From NCBI GenBank assembly GCA_950097015.1, contig CATNEN010000038.1, positions 19,282,001-19,346,000 on the forward strand: a stretch of DNA of 64,000 nt. Direction: 5' to 3'. The notes under the pieces were generated by a model. That model did not search any database, had not been told where the DNA came from, and saw only the letters and a program-made list of their open reading frames with translations. Position numbers and translations under genes: made by a program. Source of the DNA: Macrostomum hystrix (taxonomy: Eukaryota; Animalia; Platyhelminthes). Shown here one piece after another: positions 32,751 through 43,900 of the stretch. How positions within the stretch are numbered: position 1 is the first letter of the stretch; each line of letters starts with the position of its first letter.

Positions 32751-33504
32751 TGTCCACTAAAAGATCTTCTTGCGCAATCTGTACATAGGCAGGCTTGATC
32801 GTCGCATAATTGTTCGCATCTATTTTTGTCTATGGCACAAAGACCTATTAAAGTTTAGCGATGCTTGGTTATACTCGTAGAATTTGCGCTTACACCAATA
32901 GCACAGGCAGAGCTATATATAAGTGTACAAAGTTGCTGTCTTGTGTGCGTTAAGTTTATTTCATAATTATTCATTTTCTTCTCTCTTTGGCATTGCGTGA
33001 GCAGTGATGTTCAGTTCATGGTTTACCGGTAAGCGACGCTATGCTGGCATATTTATATTTATTTTCTATATATGCCTCAGTCTCCTTGTCTGTCGTTGTC
33101 TTGTTTTTGTAACTGTAATTTCATAGAGAGCGTGCGCCATATTTTTTCTCCTTATACATAAGTTTTTTCGCTTGTCATAGTCTCTTCCATTGCGGCCGAG
33201 TGCTATTTTTTAATATAGTTTAACAAAAACAATATATCTTTATTTTGTAGTTTTCGGTTATCATGGTACTGTAGTTCTTTGTTCTTTTTTCTTTTTGATG
33301 TCATTCTTTTTAACGGCAATACCGCCAGACTAATAAATCGCTCGCGCATTGGGAGTTCATAAATCATTATAATTTTACTTTTGTTGTCGCTTATAAATAA
33401 CTATTCATATTTTGTTAATGATCGACAAAACACTGGTTTCAGTAACTAAAACATCACTATTTGAATGGTGTTTGCTGTCTTCTGATGTGTTTTTTATTCA
33501 GAAG

Positions 33505-33615
33505 CTTCTAGCGGAGTGGTTAGAGCTTCTGATTTCTCATCGATAGGTCGGATGTTCGAGTCTTTGCCCAGTTAGAAAGACATTTTTGTTCTTGAACAAG
33601 ACTCTTCATTCTCTA
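33505..33615 (+). mobile_element. Degenerate tRNA-SINE head (family A-like)
   Basis: tagcggagtggttagagc...gttcgagtc followed by tgttcttgaacaagactct. Confidence 0.45.
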
Positions 33616-33706
33616 AGGGCTTTAAATAACTCAGCTGTGAGGCTATATTGACTTTCTAAACCAAAAAGCTTCACAGCAGTTATACTGATACATTAGTGGG
33701 CGCATT

Positions 33707-34930
33707 TCGTCCTGGGATGTAGTCCTGGGATGCAGTCCTGGGATGTAGTCCTGGGATGCAGTTCTGGGATGCAGTCCTGGGATGTAGTCCTGGGATGTTG
33801 TCCAGGAACGTTGTTCTAGAGTGTTATCATTGGATCTTGTCCTGGGACGCTGTCCTGGGATGCAGTCCTGGGATGTAGTTCTGGGATGCAGTCCTGGGAT
33901 GTAGTCCTGGGATGCAGTCTTGGGATTCAGTCCTGGGATGTTGTCCAGGAACGTTGTTCTAGAGTGTTATCATTGGATCTTGTCCTGGGACGCTGTCCTG
34001 GGATGCAGTTCTGGGATGCAGTTCTGGGATGTAGTCCTGGGATCTAGTCCTGGGATCTAGTCCTGGGATGTAGTCCTGGGATGTAGTCCTGGGATTCAGT
34101 CCTGGGATGTTGTCCAGGAACGTTGTTCTAGAGTGTTATCATTGGATCTTGTCCTGGGACGCTGTCCTGGGATGCAGTTCTGGGATGCAGTTCTGGGATG
34201 TAGTCCTGGGATCTAGTCCTGGGATCTAGTCCTGGGATGTAGTCCTGGGATGTAGTCCTGGGATGTAGTCCTGGGATTCAGTCCTGGGATGTAGTTCTGG
34301 GATGTAGTTCTGGGATGCAGTCCTGGGATCTAGTCCTGGGATGTAGTTCTGGAATGCAGTCCTGGGATGTAGTCCTGGGATTCAGTCCTGGGATTCAGTC
34401 CTGGGATGTTGTCCAGGAACGTTGTTCTAGAGTGTTATCATTAGATCTTGTCCTGGGACGCTGTCCTGGGATGCAGTCCTGGGATGTAGTTCTGGGATGC
34501 AGTCCTGGGATGCAGTCCTGGGATGTAGTTCTGGGATGCAGTCCTGGGATGCAGTCCTGGGATGTAGTTCTGGGATGCAGTCCTGGGATGCAGTCCTGGG
34601 ATGTAGTTCTGGGATGTAGTCCTGGGATCTAGTCCTGGGATGCAGTCCTGGGATGCAGTCCTGGGATGTAGTCCTGGGATGCAGTTCTGGGATGCAGTCC
34701 TGGGATGTAGTCCTGGGATGTTGTCCAGGAACGTTGTTCTAGAATGTTATCATTGGATCTTTTCCTGGGACGCTGTCCTGGGAAGCAGTCCTGGGATGTA
34801 GTTCTGGGATGCAGTCCTGGGATGCAGTCCTGGGATGTAGTTCTGGGATGCAGTCCTGGGATGCAGTCCTGGGATGCTGTCCTTGGATGCTGTCCCGCAA
34901 CATTGTTCTAGAGTGTTATCATTGGATGTT
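33707..34930. repeat. 15-bp minisatellite (GTCCTGGGATGYA) with higher-order variant blocks
   Basis: Visible periodicity; recurring block gttgtccaggaacgttgttctagagtgttatcattggatc. Confidence 0.95.
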
Positions 34931-35472
34931 GTCATGAATGGTCCTTCGTTGTCCTTCGATGATCCCACTTCTGCGATGATGAAACTTCTTGCGCAATCTG
35001 TACACAGGCAAGTTTGTCTGCTGCCTTGTTCGCATCTATTTTGTCTATGGTACAAAGGCCTGCTATATTTTCGCAATGCTTGATTTTCATCATGAGCTGT
35101 TGTACTGACATCTACCGATCCTACCTGCCTAGTACAACATCTCAGGACAACATTGGGCAGTAGTATGCTAGTTTTTTAACTCCGTAAAAAAGCGAACAGC
35201 GCTACAGTATGTGTAGTAGCACGGGCTATAGCGTGAGTTAGAGGGTCAGTGAACATAAGAACTAAACATTTCAATGCGCAAAATTGTCATAACACGAGGG
35301 TCAATGGTTCTTATCGAGTGTGCAGTAAACACTCGCACAGATAAAATTAGCTCGTCATTCAAACATTTAACTAGGCTTTTGATATAAAGTTCGTTTCGAC
35401 TGACCTTGCTGCCCATAAGGACATTGTGCGGTCAGCTATTTTTGCCAAGGAAAAGAACATTTGTAGGAAAAA

Positions 35473-38400
35473 ATGGCTGAAAATGAAAATTCCAAGCTGG
35501 ACATTTTCCTGCGTCAGCTGAAGGCCACGCAGCTGGTCCGTTGGTTGTTCTGCGACATGAACGGCAATGCCCGCTCAAAGCTGATCCCGGGAAGCATGAG
35601 CGCATTCTTCGTCGCCAGTCAGCCGAGACGATTTTGCACGGCCGTCATTCCGATGTCGTGCAACAGCGACCTGCCCGAGCTGGCCTGGGTGCTGGACAAT
35701 GGCTATCCGGACTGCGAGATGATTCCAGAGCCGGATTCGTTTCATCTGGCGAGCTGGTCCTTGAGTAGCCATCCCGCTAGCATCGGACAGGTGAGTCGTG
35801 TTGTGCTATTGCTGGCCCCTAAAAGGACCGTTTTAGTAAAAAATTTGCTTCTGTTTTTTTCCTTTCACGCTACTGTGAGTAGGCTGATATGTGCGTGCTA
35901 TTCTTGCCTCTGGTTGCTGGGCTGTTTGTTGGTCCTACTATCGATCGTATGGTTTTTGAACCCTTATCAAACCCAATGGTTTTGTAAAGGTTCTGCTAAA
36001 TATTAATATTAATCAAAATATTAATGCGACTGATCTAGCATCATGTATTTTCTGTCTGGTTTAAGGTAAGCAATATAACAAGTCGGACAATTAGGAAGAG
36101 CGAACTTAAAACAGTATTACTTTTTGAATTTACGTGGTAAATTTTTACGAATATTCTACCGAAACGTTAGAATTTCTAAAAAGATTGCTAAGAACTAACA
36201 ATTGATCCTTCTTTGGGGGACGATAATCACGCTCTGAAGTTTAAATAAATCATACTAATAAAAGCGATCCAACTCATATGCTATGCATATATATCATTTG
36301 ACAAATTTGACAAATCATACTACCCCTTGACAAATCATACTACCCCTTGACAAATCATACTACCCCTTGACAAATCATACTACCCCTTGACAAATCATAC
36401 TACCCCCTTGACAAATCATACTACCCCTTGACAAATCATACTACCCCCTTGACAAATCATACTACCCCTTGACAAATCATACTACCCCCTTGACAAATCA
36501 TACTACCCCCTTGACAAATCATACTACCCCCTTGACAAATCATACTACCCCCTTGACAAATCATACTACCCCTTGACAAATCATACTACCCCTTGACAAA
36601 TCATACTACCCCTTGACAAATCATACTACCCCCTTGACAAATCATACTACCCCTTGACAAATCATACTACCCCTTGACAAATCATACTACCCCCTTGACA
36701 AATCATACTACCCCCTTGACAAATCATACTACCCCCTTGACAAATCATACTACCCCTTGACAAATCATACTACCCCTTGACAAAACTACCCCTTGACAAA
36801 TCATACTACCCCTTGACAAATCATACTACCCCTAGACAAATCATACTACCCCTTGACAAATCATACTACCCCTTGACAAATCATACTACCCCCTTGACAA
36901 ATCATACTACCCCTTGACAAAACTACCCCTTGACAAATCATACTACCCCTTGACAAATCATACTACCCCTAGACAAATCATACTACCCCTTGACAAATAA
37001 TACTACCCCTTGACAAATCATACTACCCCCTTGACAAATCATACTACCCCTTGACAAATCATACTACCCCCTTGACAAATCATACTACCCCCTTGACAAA
37101 TCATACTACCCCCTTGACAAATCATACTACCCCTTGACAAATCATACTACCCCCTTGAAAAATCATACTACCCCTTGACAAATCATACTACCCCTTGACA
37201 AAACTACCCCTTGACAAATCATACTACCCCTTGACAAATCATACTACCCCTAGACAAATCATACTACCCCTTGACAAATCATACTACCCCTTGACAAATC
37301 ATACTACCCCCTTGACAAATCATACTACCCCTTGACAAATCATACTACCCCTTGACAAATCATACTACCCCTTGACAAATCATACTACCCCTTGACAAAT
37401 CATACTACCCCTTGACAAATCACACTTCCCCTAGACAAATCATACTACCCCCTAGACAAATCATACTACCACTTGACAAATCATACTACCCCTTGACAAA
37501 TCATACTACCCCTAGACAAATCATACTACCACTTGACAAATCATACTACCCCTAGACAAATCATACTACCCCTAGACAAATCATACTACCCCTTGACAAA
37601 TCATACTACCCCTAGACAAATCATACTACCCCCTTGACAAATCATACTACCCCTAGACAAATCATACTACCCCCTAGACAAATCATACTACCCCCTTGAC
37701 AAATCATACTAACCCCTTGACAAATCATACTACCCCTTGACAAATCATACTACCCCTTGACAAATCATACTAACCCCTTGACAAATCATACTACCCCTTG
37801 ACAAATCATACTACCCCTTGACAAATCATACTACTCCTTGATTGCTCATGCTGTACTCTCGGTAAAGCAAGCCATCCCTTTAACAATTTATGAATCAGGA
37901 ACCACGAAAAAGTAATGCTACAATGTACTTATAGCAATTCACAAAAAGTTTCCTTTGAACCTGTCATAACGTCTGCTGCTACACTCGAAAAAATATTAGT
38001 TTTTTTGCTTTGAATTCTGCAAAAGACAGACAGCTAGGTAGACAAAGAGACGAATCTTAAGATTTTAGTATGCCGTCAGATAGTTTTTTGTACGAAATAC
38101 AGTAATTACGTATCTATTTATCCAAACCATATATTTCCTTCATTTTTCGTAATGCTGAAATGCTACAGTACTCCCAACTGACGAGAGAGCTAATTTATTA
38201 CATACCCCAGGTGCTCTGCTCAACACGCTGGCCCGATGGCGGTGCGCCGGTCGAGTTTGACCCGAGGAACGTCATCAGACGTCAGCTGGAACGATTAGAC
38301 ACCGAGCTGGGACTCAAATTGGCCTGCTGGCCAGAGCTGCAGTGGCACCTGTGCAATCAACAGCCAGGTGGCGATTGGGACTGGCCTGAGACGGCTTCAA

Positions 38401-39666
38401 CGGACAGCAGCGGTCTGATGCATTGTCACGAAGCTCTAATTAGCGACCTGTGCAGCGCCATGGCCAATGCTGGGGTTAATGTTGACACCGTCAGCACAGG
38501 ATCTGGAGCAGGTCAGTTCTGCGCTTCCCTGGCCCCTGCTATTGGCGCCAAAGCCGCCGATGGAGCCTTTCTTGGACGAGAAATTGTGAAGCAGGTGATC
38601 GTTCGATTCAAAATTGCCCAATATACTTTTGTCCTAGTTGGTCTCAAATGCGCTTGTCCTACTCGCAAACGGGACAAAGTTCACTCTCAAAGGTGGCCCC
38701 CGGGGAAGCAGTGCCTGGTGAGGTAGCCGTGGCCCGTGAGGGTCATGGCGATGGCTAGGGATATCCTTCCGGTTTTGATTCAGAAGGATGTTCCTGAGAA
38801 TGCGAGACGGGCGCAGAAGTGCCAAAAACCTGTCTCGATGAAGTGACTAGGCTACAAATACATGACTGTGTTTTATCCTTATATTTTGTAAAACTGAACG
38901 TCTGAGATCTTAGATTGTGTACATGGATCAACCTGCCAATTTCCCACAGGTTGCGGCGAACTATGGCTTAACTGCAACCTTTATGCCAACCCCGCACGCT
39001 ACGGCAGGTGCTTGCCTTCTCCGCGTCAATCACGCTCTGACACTAAGTGGCTCAAATCACAGCAACTTCGATTTTAACCAAGCGTCCTTGACGTCCACCC
39101 CGCCAGCACTGCTGCGCCACTGGCTGGCTGGACTAGTCCACCATTCTCCTGGCATTGCAGCGCTGGTCTGGCCGACTTTGAACTGCTTTCGCAGCAGCAA
39201 GCCTGGCCGCCGAGTGTCCTGGAGCTGCACCGGCTACGCTGCAGAAGGCGCCGGTGGCAGCAGCGGCTTGGTCGACTTTCGGCTGGCACCAATGTGCACG
39301 GCAGCTGATGACCAGCCCAGCATTCTCGGCTGGCGTCTGGAGAACAATCTGCCAAGTTCAGCAGCCAGCGCCCACATTGCTCTGGCAGCCACTGTGGCAG
39401 CCGGCATCGACGGCGTGTTGAAGAAGCTGGAGCTGCCGACGAGGCCGGAGGATTCGCCTATGCTTCCATCGGACATGGCCAGTGCTGTTGCCGTACTCCA
39501 GGTCGACAGTGTCATTTCTGAAGCTTTGGGGGCTCAGTTAGCCGATTTCTACATTCAGGCTAGATTGCAGTTTGACCTGTCTAAAGTACTCGCTGGCGCA
39601 AAGCCGGATGAGACCTACGCCGAAGGGCTTAAGCGAGAAGCCGAGTTCTATCTTGAATTTCATTAA
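35473..39666 (+). CDS. Glutamine synthetase type I / lengsin-like protein; exons 35473-35790, 38211-38594, 38950-39666 (about 472 aa)
   Basis: VRWLFCDMNGNARSKLIP, GYPD, DPRNVIRRQL, AADG...REIVKQVA...GLTATFMP, RLEN, AATVAAGIDG, LPSDM..A; phase-0 introns. Confidence 0.85.
36297..37840. repeat. 20/21-bp minisatellite in GS-like intron 1
   Basis: Unit tgacaaatcatactacccc(c)t. Confidence 0.97.
38628..38858 (+). ncRNA. Candidate structured intronic RNA, family unknown
   Basis: Four hairpins with G-U wobbles, a GNRA tetraloop and a possible long-range closing stem, found by manual pairing only. Confidence 0.35.
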
Positions 39667-40986
39667 CAAACTGCAAAAATTTACTCTCAAGGAAATTTTA
39701 CTGATCATATCTCGATCGACATTTCGAAACATTTTTGTTAAAAAGTGCATGCCTATTTCAATGGCTAAATTAGCACATTTTAATTATGATTGGGGAAAGG
39801 TTCAGCTACACATTACGGTTTATTTTATGCATCTATTTTAAAATACGTTGTTCAAATCCATAAGAATAGTTTTCTAATTACATCGAAGTTTATAAAGTAT
39901 ATAAATGATCAACTGCTGCGATTTCACATTACGTATTGCACCTATAGTAGAGCGCTGCATTAGATTGGGCGCAGGGCAGAATCACGTCACACTTGACGTT
40001 TAAAGTGGCTGAAAAATAAAACACGGCATGCATGAAGAGCTCATACGATTAGAAAGATAACTAGGAAAATGCATATTCTTGATTTGCTTTTATCGTGAAC
40101 TTAAGCGAATTTAATCAAGAAAGTTATATCGACTAGAAGTTATGAGCTTCTACCGACGCGCGAGATTTATGCAAACTTAAAAATATGGTAGTAAATATAT
40201 ATTTGATTATAAGAATATTTCAAATCTGGTATATGCTATTGTGCAAATAAGTTTTGCTTTGCTTTGTTGGCAGAATTTTTTTCCGGGTTTCAGTACATTG
40301 GATTTTTGGCGAGAAGTTGAAAATTATAGGCAATAATCAACTAAAAAGCCTGCAGGGGCTAGCTAAAAAACTGGGTAGGCCTAGTATCAAGTGAATTTAC
40401 TTACTTAAGCAAAAACATAAGCGTTGAGCCTAAGCCAAACAATCTAGAACTTAATCGGTCTTGGACCTATGCTATATTTTCTTTGTTTTGACTTTGAATT
40501 TCTGATGACACACTACTACTCAACTACTTAATTATTATAGATAAGCTACTTTCTTACTAATCTAATTCTTATGTTATCGAACTATTACCTTATATATTAA
40601 ACTAGCTTTTTTTGCCCGTTGTTTTTGGGGCAGAAATTTAAAGCAAAGCAGTAAGCAATTCACGTCTCTGTATTAACTTTATAGTGAAGGTCACCATTTA
40701 TTTATTTACTGCATTAATGAAAAGTGAAGAGTTTGTTAAAGGGCGTTTTAAGTAAAAAATGGTAGGGGCATCTTATTCCCATGATTAAAATTTAGGGGGC
40801 GACTGCCCCCCCGCCCCCCCTAAATCTGCCTCTGTATACAGTATGCATGTACACGCGTATACATAAGGAAAATAGCCATGGCATAACAATAACAATGTCA
40901 AAGAAACAAAATTAAACTGTTTCAGAGTTCAGAGTTAGACAGGTCAAGGTCAATTCGTGACTACTTTTCTATTAATTGCTTGCGAG

Positions 40987-43900
40987 TCACCTCAAGTCCT
41001 GGGGATACACCACATTCTTCGTTCTTCCCCTTGGTGCGAAAATGAATAGGCCAGCTGGAGTTCCAACACGGGAGCAGGCGACATAAAGCTGCCCATGCGA
41101 GAAGCAAGGAGTCTCCAGGTTGATGCCAGCCACCTTCAGCGACTGTCCCTGAGCCTTGTTAATAGTCATCGCAAAGCACACTCTCACAGGGAACTGCAGT
41201 CGCTTGAACTGAAATGGCAGGTCCGTGGGGATAATTGGAATCCGGGGAACGAACACAGACTCTCCTCTGCCAGATCCAGTCATTATCGTGGCCTCAATCA
41301 CGTGTGGGAAGAGCCGCCTGACTATCAGTCTGGTGCCGTTACACAGCCTTGGCGCATTCAGGTTGCGGAGGAGCATAATTGGTGCCCCAACTTTCAGCTG
41401 CAAGTTGTGCGATGGAGTTCCAGGAGGATCTAGAGAGTTCAGAAACTCAACAGGATACTCCACAGCGGTGTCATCAGTCAACGTTGTATCAATTGACTTG
41501 TAGGTGAAAACTGCACCTGGCAACTCCTGAAGCAGTTGGTAGTTAATTTCGTTGGCGGCATCATTTCTAGGACACAGAATTGCCCTCTCTGACAGCCAGT
41601 CAACGTCAGCATATCGAACCATCAGGTTCGGGTAAACTTTTGCCTTGAGCTTCTGCACTGACTGCACAATGGTTCCGATTGTAGCGATCGATGACTGCCC
41701 ATCCTCGGTGCTAATCTCCAGCAGACCATTGCCGATTCGCAATAGATTGGCAGAGAACTCATGAGCTGTTTCGTCTCCTTGAATTGTAGCTCTCATGTTT
41801 GTTCGTAGGTGCAACTTCACAACCGATGGCCACAGGTGAGATGATTTTAGGCAAGCATTAATCTCATCAGCAGGAGTGCCACGCGGAATCACAGGCAGCG
41901 TCTGTCTAAAGTCTCCAGACAGCAGCAGAGTGATACCACCCATCAGTTGATTGTTGTTGCGCAGGTCTTTCAAAGTTAAGTTGAGTGCTTCAAATGCCAG
42001 TTTGTGGGACATGGTACACTCATCCCAGACGATGAGCTTGCAAGCCTGAAGCACTCTGGCAGTGCCTGTGTTTTTCTTGATGTTGCACAGCGGATTCTCC
42101 GCTCGAGACAGATCAAGCGGCAACTTCAGTGCTGAGTGGGCAGTGCGACCGCCTGGCAGCAAGGTGGCTGCAATTCCAGAGGAAGCTACAGCAATGGCAA
42201 CGTCGCCTCGTTGCCTGACCTTTGCCAGAAGGAGGTTGATTAGAAATGTTTTTCCTGTGCCACCTGGAGCATCAAGAAAAACCATGCCACCAACGTTGTT
42301 GTTGACTCTGCGCAATAGCTCGCGGTACGCCTCTAGCTGCTCAGGCATGAGTCGGGGCTCATTCTCCTCTATGAACTGTCCCAGCTGCTCCTGGTCATAG
42401 CCTCTTTCTCGCAGCATCTCCCTGCACAGGTTGTCCTGTTGTCCTGTCCTGTTTGCTTTTGGGAGTCCAAAAGAATCTAGATAGCGATCGGTCAACTCCA
42501 GCACCTTGTCCTCAATGCGCAGCAGGGCCTCGTTAAACACTGCTTCTGTGAATGGCAACTCTGGCTCCTGAGCCACGAATCGCGCCCGGAAGAGAATGTC
42601 TTCGGCCATGGGTTCTTTGAATGTTTCCCAAAGCTGAAGTGGATCAGAGAGACCACAGGTGGCAACCATGATGGCAAAGAGATCTCGCAGGTGACTTGGT
42701 GAGCGCACCGTTGCCGCTTCCTCCAATGTCGCTCTCCATTGAGCATCATCTTCCAGCAGTCCCAGTCGCTGACATGCTTCATGAAAAGTTTGGCAGGTAT
42801 GGCCTTCCACCGTTCTAATGTGTCTAAATGACGTCGGACCAATCACGGTGTGTAGCAATATACGCAGGTAGTAGCATTCACGGTGGTTTGGGTGCACCGT
42901 GTACACTCTGGCTAATGCATCAGTCTGTCGTATTTCAGGATGGCCCGGAACTGCAGCGCCTTGAACCCGCCGCTTCCATCCTTTCGAAGAGGCGTTCCAT
43001 GTGTAATAGGCAGGCACCTGGTGGTACAGCAAAGTCCTGGCAAAGGGGTCTTCAGCGCACAACTTGAAGAAAGCAGTAAGAGTAGTGTCCTGTGGCCTTT
43101 GAGCACGCTGCTGGATGTTCTCCTCCGTAAAGTATACTCTCTGACCGTTTTCCAGGTGCACACTGAGGTGCATGACAGTTGGGTGGCGTTCATGAATAGA
43201 GAATCCGAAGATTCGCCACATTGCCTCGTTGGAGCTGATATACCTTCCGCTCTTGAAGCGATTGACTTCGTCAAATTCGTTTACTATGCCTCCAGGTCCC
43301 TCAATGTTGAACACTGCTTGGTCGCTACCCTTGTTCACGTACTTGCAAATGTACTTGATTGATTTAACAGAGTTGCAGTACTCAACGTTGATGTGTGCAT
43401 TGAACACTTTGGACAGTAGCGGGCAGTAGGGAACGACCCATCTGTTGTCCAGATCGATCTCTTCATTCCCATGGCTGCGTAGAATAATGCGAGTGGTAAA
43501 GCCGCCATCCTCACGTGATCTCCGTCGATACAGCGGATAACCGTCTTGTCCTGTCACCGTCTCACTTAGTAGAGCCTTGGGATACTTTTTCGAGCAAATG
43601 TTGTCCTTCATGCAAGGCGAATTCGGATTGAGGCGCCCGCAGGGTCCATGAATCATCTGCTTAGTGACAGTAAGATAGAGCTGAGGATCCTCATCCGGAT
43701 TGGGAATCTCAGCGCGGATGACCTCGTCAAGCTGATTCGGCCTGATCCGGCTTCGCAGCCAAATCAATATATGAGCGTGTGGCAGCCCTCGCTTTTGCCA
43801 CTCAATGGTGTACATGTCGCATCTAGTGGGACCAAAGATGGCGCCTTTTGTGATGTACTCCATAAGTTGTTTCAGCTTTAGTTGGAACACTCGCGCCACC

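Noticed and set aside
33707-34930. CRISPR-like appearance of the regular repeats
   Set aside because: No unique spacers, no cas genes, and the context is eukaryotic.
38790-38855. TPP riboswitch or RNase P/MRP identity for the intronic structure
   Set aside because: CTGAGA and ACCTG...TAGG are present, but the spacing and the P5 loop do not fit TPP; RNase P/MRP conserved regions CR-I and CR-V are not matched.
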